A DNA stretch of 64,000 nucleotides from Selenomonadaceae bacterium. GTDB taxonomy: Bacteria; Vulcanimicrobiota; Xenobia; Xenobiales; JADMJV01. Under the pieces are notes generated by a model. It worked only from the letters and a program-made list of their open reading frames with translations, was not told the DNA's origin and made no database searches. The position numbers and the translations under genes are program-made. The stretch lies in NCBI GenBank assembly GCA_037189585.1, contig JBBCJA010000012.1:58693-122692 (forward strand), given 5' to 3'. Numbering within the stretch: the stretch's first letter is position 1; every line of letters begins with the position of its first letter. Shown here in pieces: positions 18,814-26,787 of the stretch.

Positions 18814-20436
18814 CTAGGGAGACGCGGCGCGCGACAGGTCAGGCGTTGCCTGGGGCCACGGACGTAGCAGTATCCAGTGGCCAATCTCCTGGTGGGTCCA
18901 GGCTGGGTTGGCGTAAGTTCCATAGTCGGATCTCCTCACAACGATCAAAGTGGATGGGTCCGCTCGGCGAGAGGCGAAATAAGCGGAGAGGTCGGGATAC
19001 AAAAAATCTTGGTAATCTTCGGGGTTCTGGAACCAGGTTTCGCGAGGATAGGAGACCTGAACCAGACGCCGTCCCAGGTAGTAGGGCAACCCGTGGAGAT
19101 GGTCGGCCACCTCCACAATCTCGCCCACAGGGCATTCTCGCTGAATGGTCTGAGCTAGACGACGGGCGCTGTAGGCTCCGTCACAGAGGCCCAAGGAGGA
19201 GGCCAGCAAGAGAAGCCCCGCCGCCCAACTACAGGCAGGCCATGCGAACCAGACCAACGCCCCGGTTCGTGAGCGAAAGGCCAGAGCAGCAAGACATGAC
19301 ATCCCCAGCAGAGCGGCCAGAGCGCTCAAGTGGTGGTAGGCTGGCTGAAGCTCGGGGGCAACACCGATGACCAGGTAGACCGAAAGAGCTAAGGTGAAGA
19401 GCGCCAGGGTGAAAAGCGCGGTCGTTCCTAGTGCGCGCAGCCGCCGCGGCTCTTGTCGCGCCGTCAGCAAAGCCAGCGCCGGGAAGATCGGCAGAAGATA
19501 GGTGGGCAGCTTAGAGCCGGCGCAAGAGAAGAAGAGCACGGGAACGATCAGCCAGAGAAGCAAGAATCGGTCGAGCTCGTTTCTTCTCTTCCAGGCCGCC
19601 GCCAGCGTGAGCGGTAGCCCGGTGGACCAAGGGAAGAACCCGGCGGCCAACACCGGAAGGTAGAACCACCATGCTCCCGGCCTTCCGTGCACCGTGGTCA
19701 GCATGCGTTGAGTCGTTTGAAAACGGAGAAAATAGTCCAGTAGACCCTCGTGCTGGAGGCAGACGATGACGTACCAGGGTAGCGCGAGGGCTAAGAACAA
19801 GGGGAGGCCGAGCCTCGGTCGCAGATTCCAAGAGAGCTTGCCCTGCATGCTCAGATGAAAGAGAGCAAGGACCGGTAGAACGATGACCAAACCTATCGGA
19901 CCTTTGACCATGAAGCCCGCTGCGAGAGAGAGCCAGAATCCCAGCCAGAATTTCCCTTCCGGGTGGTTCCTGGAGCGCCAGGCGCAGTAGAGGGCCGAAG
20001 TGACCGCCGCGGTCAAGAACATGTCGGTCAGCACCAGGCGGGAGAGGAACCAGAATTCGAGCGAGGTGACCAAGACCAGCACCGCGCGGCAGGCCTGCCC
20101 GCGACCTCCCTCTTGGGCAGCCCAGTACCAAGTCAGCCCCACGGTCCAAAGAGCCGCCAGCGCTACCGGAAGCCGCCCCGCCCATTCCGAGGTGCCCAAC
20201 AGCTTCAGGGAGCCTCCCACCAACCAGAACGTTCCCGGCGGCTTATGAAAGTGATCGATGAAGTTCAAACGAGGGGTCAGCCAATCGCCGCTTTGGGCCA
20301 TCTCCCAAGAGATCTCGAAAAAGCGGGCCTCGTTGTCCTCGAGCAGACCGTACGAGCCGAGTCCGAACAGGAGCAAGAGAAGCGATAGCGCCGCCACGGC
20401 GAGGGTGGGAAGATGAAAGCCGGGTCCTCTTCTCAA
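18814..20436 (-). CDS. ArnT/PMT-like GT83 glycosyltransferase (undecaprenyl-phosphate-sugar:lipid A/glycan transferase-like), copy 2
   Basis: An 11-13-TM protein with the periplasmic-loop motif EARFFEISWEMAQSGDWLTPRLNFIDHFHKPP. Confidence 0.7.
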   Translation of the reverse strand: MRRGPGFHLPTLAVAALSLLLLLFGLGSYGLLEDNEARFFEISWEMAQSGDWLTPRLNFIDHFHKPPGTFWLVGGSLKLLGTSEWAGRLPVALAALWTVGLTWYWAAQEGGRGQACRAVLVLVTSLEFWFLSRLVLTDMFLTAAVTSALYCAWRSRNHPEGKFWLGFWLSLAAGFMVKGPIGLVIVLPVLALFHLSMQGKLSWNLRPRLGLPLFLALALPWYVIVCLQHEGLLDYFLRFQTTQRMLTTVHGRPGAWWFYLPVLAAGFFPWSTGLPLTLAAAWKRRNELDRFLLLWLIVPVLFFSCAGSKLPTYLLPIFPALALLTARQEPRRLRALGTTALFTLALFTLALSVYLVIGVAPELQPAYHHLSALAALLGMSCLAALAFRSRTGALVWFAWPACSWAAGLLLLASSLGLCDGAYSARRLAQTIQRECPVGEIVEVADHLHGLPYYLGRRLVQVSYPRETWFQNPEDYQDFLYPDLSAYFASRRADPSTLIVVRRSDYGTYANPAWTHQEIGHWILLRPWPQATPDLSRAASP

Positions 20437-22100
20437 CGGGTATCCCCTCGACGATGGTACAGAAGGGCCCAGCGAGCGTCGCGGAAGACGACCGTCTCGC
20501 CGAGCTGGCTGGCCAGGGAGTCCGCCAAGGGAAGGGGGACGATGAGAAAACGATCCTTATCCCCTTTTTGAAAGGTAGGCAGATAAGTCGGTAGGTCTGG
20601 GGACAAGAGTGCTCGGAAGTCGTCGTTGTCCTCAAATTGGGTCTCTCGCGGGTCTCCGATGTGGATGATGTTCTGTCGCGTGTAGTAAGGAAGGCCGAAA
20701 AGGTAGCCGTCCCACATTCCGATCTCGTAGGGTCCCTGGCTATGCTGACGGATGGACTCGACTATGGGGAGAGCGCTGTTATGACGAAGCTTAGGCAGGC
20801 CGGGCAGAGCGATAGCCACGACCCCCAACATGGCCACCACGGGGGCTATCAAGACCGCCTCCTGGCCGCCTCTGATCCAAAGGACCAGACCGACCAGAGA
20901 GACCACGGCAAGCCAGGCCGCCGCGGTGGCGAGCTCGTGGGAGTAGGTCAGAACTTTTGGGGAAAGAGACCAGCGAGTTAGGGTTGCGCAAGCCAGGGAG
21001 AGCAAGGTCAGAGCCCCCAGAGGATAGGCCCGGGCGCGGGGGGACATGGCCGCGAATTGACGGGACACCAAGAGGGCCAAGGCGGGAAAGAGAGGCAGCA
21101 CGTAGGTGGGGAGCTTCGAGCCCATCATCGAGAAGAAGAGGGTGGGTCCGACAATCCAGGCCAAAAGTAGCGCGTCGGGACTCAACTCGCCTTTTCGGAT
21201 AAGACCCACGGCACGGCGTATCGAGCCGGGAAGCCAGACCGACCAGGGAAGAAAGCCGCCCAGCAGCACCGGCAGGTAGAACCAGGGAGGGCCTGTTCTT
21301 TCGTGGACGGTGGTGAACACCCGGTCAGCGGTCTGAAACTTGAGAAGATAGGACAGCAGTCCCGGATTTTGGGACACGATCCAGAGGTACCACGGCAGTC
21401 CAATGGCGGCGGCCAGAACCAGTCCCGGTCCCGGCGCGAGAACCCGCCAGGACACCTTGGCTAGGAGCATAGTGGGAAGCAGGGCCATGGCCACGATCAA
21501 GGGGCCCACCGGGCCTTTGGCGAGAAAATTCAGACCCAGAGCGGCCCAGAAAATCACAAGGCTTATTCGATCCGGACCTTCACTGAGCACCTTCCAGGCC
21601 ACGGCGAGCGAAACCGTCACCAAGAACGTGACCAGCATGTCGGTCACCGCCACTCGACCCATCTCCCAGAAGAAGGGAGAGGTGGAAAGACAGGCCGGAA
21701 CGAGCCAGGGGTGTGAGCAGCCCATCTCCGGGCGCTTGGCCCACCAGCCGACAACCGCGAGGGTAGCCAAGGCCGCCAGGGCGCAGGGAAGACGGGCCGC
21801 TTCCTCACTCTCCCCCAAGATCCCCATGCTGCCGGCGGTCAGCCAGTAGAAAAGAGGCGGTTTATGAAGATGCTTGATGCCGTTGTAGCGTGGGGTCAGG
21901 TAGTCTCCGGAGCGCAGCATCTCCCAGGCCACACCGGCGTAGCGGGCCTCGCTTCGCTCGGTCAGAGGATAGGAATTGAGGCCCGCCAGATAGGCCCAAA
22001 CCACCAGGCCGGCAAAAGGGAGAAAAGCGGCTCTATGTCCCTGTGACCACACCGACCCGAGTCTAGAATTTTCGATGTGAAACAAAGATGAGAAATTCAT
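20433..22100 (-). CDS. ArnT/PMT-like GT83 glycosyltransferase, copy 1
   Basis: EARYAGVAWEMLRSGDYLTPRYNGIKHLHKPPLFYW. It overlaps copy 2 by 4 bp. Confidence 0.7.
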   Translation of the reverse strand: MNFSSLFHIENSRLGSVWSQGHRAAFLPFAGLVVWAYLAGLNSYPLTERSEARYAGVAWEMLRSGDYLTPRYNGIKHLHKPPLFYWLTAGSMGILGESEEAARLPCALAALATLAVVGWWAKRPEMGCSHPWLVPACLSTSPFFWEMGRVAVTDMLVTFLVTVSLAVAWKVLSEGPDRISLVIFWAALGLNFLAKGPVGPLIVAMALLPTMLLAKVSWRVLAPGPGLVLAAAIGLPWYLWIVSQNPGLLSYLLKFQTADRVFTTVHERTGPPWFYLPVLLGGFLPWSVWLPGSIRRAVGLIRKGELSPDALLLAWIVGPTLFFSMMGSKLPTYVLPLFPALALLVSRQFAAMSPRARAYPLGALTLLSLACATLTRWSLSPKVLTYSHELATAAAWLAVVSLVGLVLWIRGGQEAVLIAPVVAMLGVVAIALPGLPKLRHNSALPIVESIRQHSQGPYEIGMWDGYLFGLPYYTRQNIIHIGDPRETQFEDNDDFRALLSPDLPTYLPTFQKGDKDRFLIVPLPLADSLASQLGETVVFRDARWALLYHRRGDTR

Positions 22101-22128
22101 GAGAGACTTCTCATAGAGAACTCCCCCG

Positions 22129-23271
22129 CTACCAGGCCACCTGGTAGCGAAGGCGCGGACCTTGAGTTCGCAAGGCCGGCCCGCTCAAGGTGTCCTTGAT
22201 CTCGTAGTTGAGCATGACCCGATGTGTCTTCGCCCGGTCGATGTGGTAGGTGATTCCCGCGACCTTGCGGTCTCGAGAGTTGCTGGCATTGTTCGGGGAC
22301 ATAGCGTCGGTACGGTCAAGATCGGGATCGAAGCGGTCGTAGGAAAGGACCAGGTCCAACGGCTCGCTAACGCGATAGACGACGATGCCCTGATATCCGA
22401 AGGCCCGAGAATCGAGCCCGGAAAACGGATTGTAACCGTCACTCCAGATCGTTTCGGCGTCCAGGCTCCAGCGACCGGACGTCCACTGAAGGTCGGTTCC
22501 CGCACGTCGAACAGGTAAGTCGAGAGTGGTGCCGTTGGGTCGAAAGGTCCCGACATGACCGGAGGCACCCAGCTTCAAGCCATCAGCTAAGTTGAAGGAG
22601 GCCCGCCCGACCAGATCATACTGATTGTTAAAGCCACCCACACCTCGGGGCTGACCCAAAAACGCTCCCAAGGTCCCCTCTCCCCAATCCCCTTTGTTGG
22701 TCACAGACAGACCGATGTCACGCTCGGGATAGAGAGCCACGGTCATATCACTGCGCTCGACCGTGTGGGTCGTGCGCGAGCTCCGCAAGCCTTCCCAACC
22801 GAAGGGAACTTTGAAGCGTCCGGCCGAGAGCTTCCATTGGTCGCTCACTCGATAGTCGAGACGCAGGTCCAAAACCTGAATCTGGCTCTCCAGAAAATCG
22901 AGATTGAGCTCGTTGAAAAGACTCCAGCGGGAATCGATCTTGAGATCGAAGGCGGTCCGGAAACGTCGGAACAAGAGACGTTCCGTCGCTGGGAAGGGTG
23001 CGATTCCGTTGGCGGCCGGGAACGCTCCGTCGGCCTTCGAGGCGCCTAGAGAGCCGCCATCGAACTGGAACTGAAAGTAACCTCGATGACGCAGCAGCAG
23101 AGTGCTCGGTGCGTTGGAGGATGGCTCCGAAGGCCTCGCTGGCATCTGATTTCGCTCGGCTAGGCAGGCGGTAGCCAGAATTCCGGCCGCCAAACCAGCG
23201 AGTAAGCTCCTGCCCGCCAAGCGAAAACAGAGTCGTCCAAATCTCGTTGCCCTCTGGCCCAAATGAAACAT
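22129..23271 (-). CDS. Outer-membrane beta-barrel porin, OprO/OprP (phosphate-selective porin O/P) family-like
   Basis: Signal peptide, alternating beta-strand pattern, C-terminal RYQVAW ending in an aromatic residue. It sits in the operon with PiT and DUF47. Confidence 0.55.
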   Translation of the reverse strand: MFHLGQRATRFGRLCFRLAGRSLLAGLAAGILATACLAERNQMPARPSEPSSNAPSTLLLRHRGYFQFQFDGGSLGASKADGAFPAANGIAPFPATERLLFRRFRTAFDLKIDSRWSLFNELNLDFLESQIQVLDLRLDYRVSDQWKLSAGRFKVPFGWEGLRSSRTTHTVERSDMTVALYPERDIGLSVTNKGDWGEGTLGAFLGQPRGVGGFNNQYDLVGRASFNLADGLKLGASGHVGTFRPNGTTLDLPVRRAGTDLQWTSGRWSLDAETIWSDGYNPFSGLDSRAFGYQGIVVYRVSEPLDLVLSYDRFDPDLDRTDAMSPNNASNSRDRKVAGITYHIDRAKTHRVMLNYEIKDTLSGPALRTQGPRLRYQVAW

Positions 23272-23277
23272 CCTGGC

Positions 23278-23333
23278 GAGCCTACCAGAGGTTTCTTACC
23301 GCGAACTTTCGCCACCATTACCGGGCTGTAATT
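23278..23333. repeat. Dispersed intergenic repeat unit (copy C) between the PiT and porin genes
   Basis: GAGCCTACCAGAGGTTTCTTACCGCGAACTTTCGCCACCATTACCGGGCTGTAATTC. Confidence 0.6.
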
Positions 23334-23346
23334 CAAAATGCGGCGA

Positions 23347-24411
23347 CTAGGACATCAAAGCGTTGAAGACATATCCCATCACGATACCCAGAATCACCGT
23401 CACCGGGAAGGTGAAAACCCAGGCCAAGAAGATCTTGGCTCCGGTGCCCCATTTGACACTCCTCGGATTTCGTACCGAACCAACCCCGAGAATCGCTCCG
23501 GTGATAGTGTGCGTGGTACTCACCGGAACCCCCGCCGTGGCCGCCATCTCCAGAACCACACCCGCGCTCGCTTCAGCCGCGAAGCCTTCCACCGGACGAA
23601 TGTGGGCAAGCTTTGCGCCTAAGGTCCGGATCACTTTCCAGCCTCCGGCAGCCGTTCCGACCGCCATCATGGTGGCGCAGGCCAGCATCACCCAAAGCGG
23701 AATCTCGGGACTGCCGTCGACCACAAGCGGAGCGAACCACTCGGGGAAAACTTGAAGAGCGGCGGTGGGAGCTGTCATCAAGGCGAGGGTGATCACACCC
23801 ATCACCTTCTGAGCGTCGTTTTTCCCATGCTGATAAGCCATCATCGAGGCCGACAGGATCTGTAGCCCAGCGAACAGTCTTTTGCCTGGCTTGGCCCGAA
23901 GTTTGGCAGTGTGACTGAGCCAGACGGTGATCACCAGGCAGATGTAGGCTAGGATAAATCCCAACAGTGGCGACATGAACATCGCCACGAAAGCCGGCAG
24001 AATTCCACCCCACTTGAGGATCCCATCAGCTCCACCCATAAAAAAGGCGGTCCCTAAGGCTGCCCCGACAATCCCGCCCATCAGCGAATGCGATCCACTG
24101 ATCGGCATGCCTATCACAGAACAGTAGGCGACCCAGACCGAGGCCGCCGTCATCGCGGCCCCCACACCAGCCACGGTCATCAGATTCTCATCCACAAAGT
24201 TACCCGCGATGGTTTTGGCCACGGCGGTACTAGCCAAGGCCCCGATGAAGTTGAGTACCGAATTCATCAAGACCGCTTGCCATGGCCTCATAACCCTGGT
24301 CGACACGACCGTGGCGATAGCATTGGCGGAGTCGTTCCATCCGTTGCAGAAATCGAAGATCAGAGCAACGGCGATGACAAAAAGAATAAGGGTCGCCCCT
24401 GATTCAAGCAT
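23347..24411 (-). CDS. Inorganic phosphate transporter, PiT (PHO4) family
   Basis: NGWNDSANAIAT signature and 10-12 TM segments. Confidence 0.85.
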   Translation of the reverse strand: MLESGATLILFVIAVALIFDFCNGWNDSANAIATVVSTRVMRPWQAVLMNSVLNFIGALASTAVAKTIAGNFVDENLMTVAGVGAAMTAASVWVAYCSVIGMPISGSHSLMGGIVGAALGTAFFMGGADGILKWGGILPAFVAMFMSPLLGFILAYICLVITVWLSHTAKLRAKPGKRLFAGLQILSASMMAYQHGKNDAQKVMGVITLALMTAPTAALQVFPEWFAPLVVDGSPEIPLWVMLACATMMAVGTAAGGWKVIRTLGAKLAHIRPVEGFAAEASAGVVLEMAATAGVPVSTTHTITGAILGVGSVRNPRSVKWGTGAKIFLAWVFTFPVTVILGIVMGYVFNALMS

Positions 24412-25021
24412 ACTTCACCACAAGCGTCTCGAGCGTGAGGAAGAAATCCTCACAACGATCCAAGAGGCTTTCCATGCGCTCATATAGCTCTTTCCATTTG
24501 AGGAGCTCATAGATCTCGACTCGCTCTTCGAACATTCGTCCGATGGCGCGCCGGCAAAGTTCATCCGAACGCTGCTCACAATTTTTGACCGTTTCCCGGT
24601 ACTCTGCGACGGATGCTCCAGTCTGTAAGCAGCTCAGCGCGCTCCCCAAGGCGGTGATGGCCGTCTTGGCAAGTTTGAGCATCTCCAGAGCATCTTCAGG
24701 CGCTTTCTCAACTCGGAAATAGATCGCGCGGTGAGCCGAGCCGTGGAGAGCATCCAGCACACCATCGAGTCCGGAAGCGAGTTTATGAATGTCTTCTCGG
24801 TCTAAAGGGGTGATAAAAGCATTGGCGAGCTTGAGATTGAGATCAACGATGAGTTGATCCCCTTTGGACTCTAAGCCTGAGATGGTCGCGGCGTCAGCTT
24901 CCGTGATGGGAAGATGACCGAAGAGTCGTAGAAGTTCGTCGGCGGCTTGATTGGCCAAATTTGCGAGTTCATGGAAGACTGAATAGAAAGCGTCCTGCTT
25001 TCTCAAAACTTTATAGATCAC
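24404..25021 (-). CDS. DUF47 (TIGR00153) PhoU-like phosphate-transport regulator partner of PiT
   Basis: 205-aa all-helical protein immediately upstream of PiT, overlapping it by 8 bp. This is the typical PiT-associated gene pair. Confidence 0.65.
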   Translation of the reverse strand: MIYKVLRKQDAFYSVFHELANLANQAADELLRLFGHLPITEADAATISGLESKGDQLIVDLNLKLANAFITPLDREDIHKLASGLDGVLDALHGSAHRAIYFRVEKAPEDALEMLKLAKTAITALGSALSCLQTGASVAEYRETVKNCEQRSDELCRRAIGRMFEERVEIYELLKWKELYERMESLLDRCEDFFLTLETLVVKYA

Positions 25022-25260
25022 GTGTTTCTCCTTGGTCCGTCCTCTATCGCGGGCACGGACGGCTTAGAATCTGTTTTCAGCGAAACCGTCGTCTAGCAAA
25101 CGAAAAGTGAGCGATAATAAACTTAACGCTATGCCGTTCAGCGCGACCTAACAGACCTCACCTGGTGAAGTTCCCACTTCCAATAGCGCACTCTTTCACC
25201 ACGCACGAGCCGTAAGGTTGAGGAAAACTTCCTGCAATGTAGCTATCCTAGCTTGGGACC

Positions 25261-25840
25261 ATGTTGGTCTCTCGTCGCTACTGGCTCCTTGTTCTTCTTT
25301 GGATTCTATCGCTGGCGACGGTGAGCCCCTACGATCAAACCCTGTCAAGACAACTGAGCTCTCCAAGCTCATACTTTGGCCGATTCATCCAGGATTGGGC
25401 CGCGGCTCCCGCCTACATCGCCGTCGCCTTCGCCCTTCTCGCCAGATACAGAAATCCGGGCAGTCTGTGGGCCAAAGCCGTCTTGGCCCAAGGCCTGCTC
25501 CACTCTCTGCTGTTCACTCATCTTCTGAAGTTTCTTTGGGGTAGAGCTATACCGACTTCTTCCTCCCCTCAAGTCAGTTTTGTGGAGAATCCTTTCCCTC
25601 AGGCCATGTCGCCGCGACTTTGGTTTTAGCCCCACTACCGTTCTTGTACTGGAGGACGAAACGATATTTTCCGTGGTGTCTTTCTTTTGTCGCCGTGGGA
25701 GCACTTTGCCTCGCGACTTGCTACGGCCGCGTGCTCTTTGGGGTCCACTATCCCACGGATTGCCTTTTCTCCTTAGGCCCGGGCTACTGAGCGCCTATCT
25801 CATCGTAGGATGGTTGACGCCTCCATCGATCCCCGGATGA
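25261..25840 (+). pseudogene. PAP2-family (type 2 phosphatidic-acid phosphatase) gene disrupted by at least two frameshifts
   Basis: Motif 1 K-x6-(R)P (LKFLWGRA) is in frame 1. Motif 2 SFPSGH and motif 3 GRVLFGVHYPTD are in frame 3. The terminal TM helix LLSAYLIVGWL is in frame 2. Confidence 0.5.
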
Positions 25841-25843
25841 AGG

Positions 25844-25891
25844 GTGTATCCACCGCGGCGTGGATACATCGCCAGCTTTCGGTGGATACAC
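25844..25891. promoter_or_regulatory. 11-bp perfect inverted repeat GTGTATCCACC ... GGTGGATACAC with an internal third half-site. Candidate operator or structure upstream of gene 26002.
   Basis: GTGTATCCACCGcggcGTGGATACATcgccagctttCGGTGGATACAC, followed by an AT-rich stretch and an AGGAGA SD. Confidence 0.35.
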
Positions 25892-26001
25892 GACCCGAGT
25901 GATGAATTCTCAAATGAAACTATTTGAAGATGTTAGCAAGTTGTAACATCTGGTCATTCAGGTTCCTTTTTCATCCCATTTAGAGGAGATATCTTTTTCG
26001 T

Positions 26002-26712
26002 ATGACCACCATCTCATCACTATCGAACTACAATGAAGCCTCCTTCACTATTCGCTCCAAGCAAATTGGCAGCCCCAAACCGGATACGGAGTCTCCTGAT
26101 CCCACGGACGTACGAGACTTCGTGTCCGGCTCCAGCGCTCCAGGATTTAAATTAGCATCCCTTCAGCCGGGCAAATTGGGGTACACGGGATTTTCCGGAA
26201 CATCGATGGCCGGGCCACCGGTTTCAGGAATGGCTATTTTGGTCGGTAGTACCTTTGGGGAAAAAGAAGAATATGTGCCTAAGAACACATCGGATGTTCT
26301 CAATATGGACGCGGTGGGTGCCGCTGTCGAAGAAGTGCGTGCCACTCGAAGGCTCCTTGATCGAATGCAAGAAGACTTTGGAGTCACCGAGTGGACAGAG
26401 AAACCTGTAGTGGAGAAGCTAACAGTTCCGACCAGCGACATGGGTCTCCATGTCACGGGCGAGCAAGCCTTTACGATATCTGAAAGGGTGCGTAGTGTTC
26501 AGCTTCAAACCAAGACCCACAATTTTCTTATGAGAGAAAGTCTGGATACTGACAAAACCACCATAGCCGTGTGGAACGTGGGTGATCGAATGCCGGATGT
26601 TTGGGAGCGCGATTCGGAAAAGAAGAACGTGCTCATGGGACCGAGCACGAAGCCGGTCGAGCCTACGCCGAACGAGGGTAGACTTCCGGACGAGGGTAGA
26701 TTAGCCTTCTAA
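26002..26712 (+). CDS. Hypothetical protein in a low-GC region (~51% versus the ~60% background)
   Basis: An AT-rich promoter-like region and an SD lie upstream. No recognisable domain. It ends in a short direct repeat (NEGRLPDEGRL). Confidence 0.45.
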   Translation: MTTISSLSNYNEASFTIRSKQIGSPKPDTESPDPTDVRDFVSGSSAPGFKLASLQPGKLGYTGFSGTSMAGPPVSGMAILVGSTFGEKEEYVPKNTSDVLNMDAVGAAVEEVRATRRLLDRMQEDFGVTEWTEKPVVEKLTVPTSDMGLHVTGEQAFTISERVRSVQLQTKTHNFLMRESLDTDKTTIAVWNVGDRMPDVWERDSEKKNVLMGPSTKPVEPTPNEGRLPDEGRLAF

Positions 26713-26719
26713 GACGGCC

Positions 26720-26775
26720 GAGCCTACCAGAAGTTCTTAAGGCGAACTTTCTTCACCACCGGATGGCCTGCCTCC
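26720..26775. repeat. Dispersed intergenic repeat unit (copy D)
   Basis: GAGCCTACCAGAAGTTCTTAAGGCGAACTTTCTTCACCACCGG is closely related to copy C. Confidence 0.55.
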
Positions 26776-26787
26776 GAACAGCGAACT

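Noticed and set aside
25022-25260. Possible Pho box (spaced TTAAC/TTCAG/TAACA direct repeats) upstream of the DUF47-PiT-porin operon
   Set aside because: The repeat spacing (13-14 bp) and the sequences do not match the 11-bp periodic PhoB consensus well. There is only a 6-bp stem-loop nearby. A motif search against the genome is needed before calling it.
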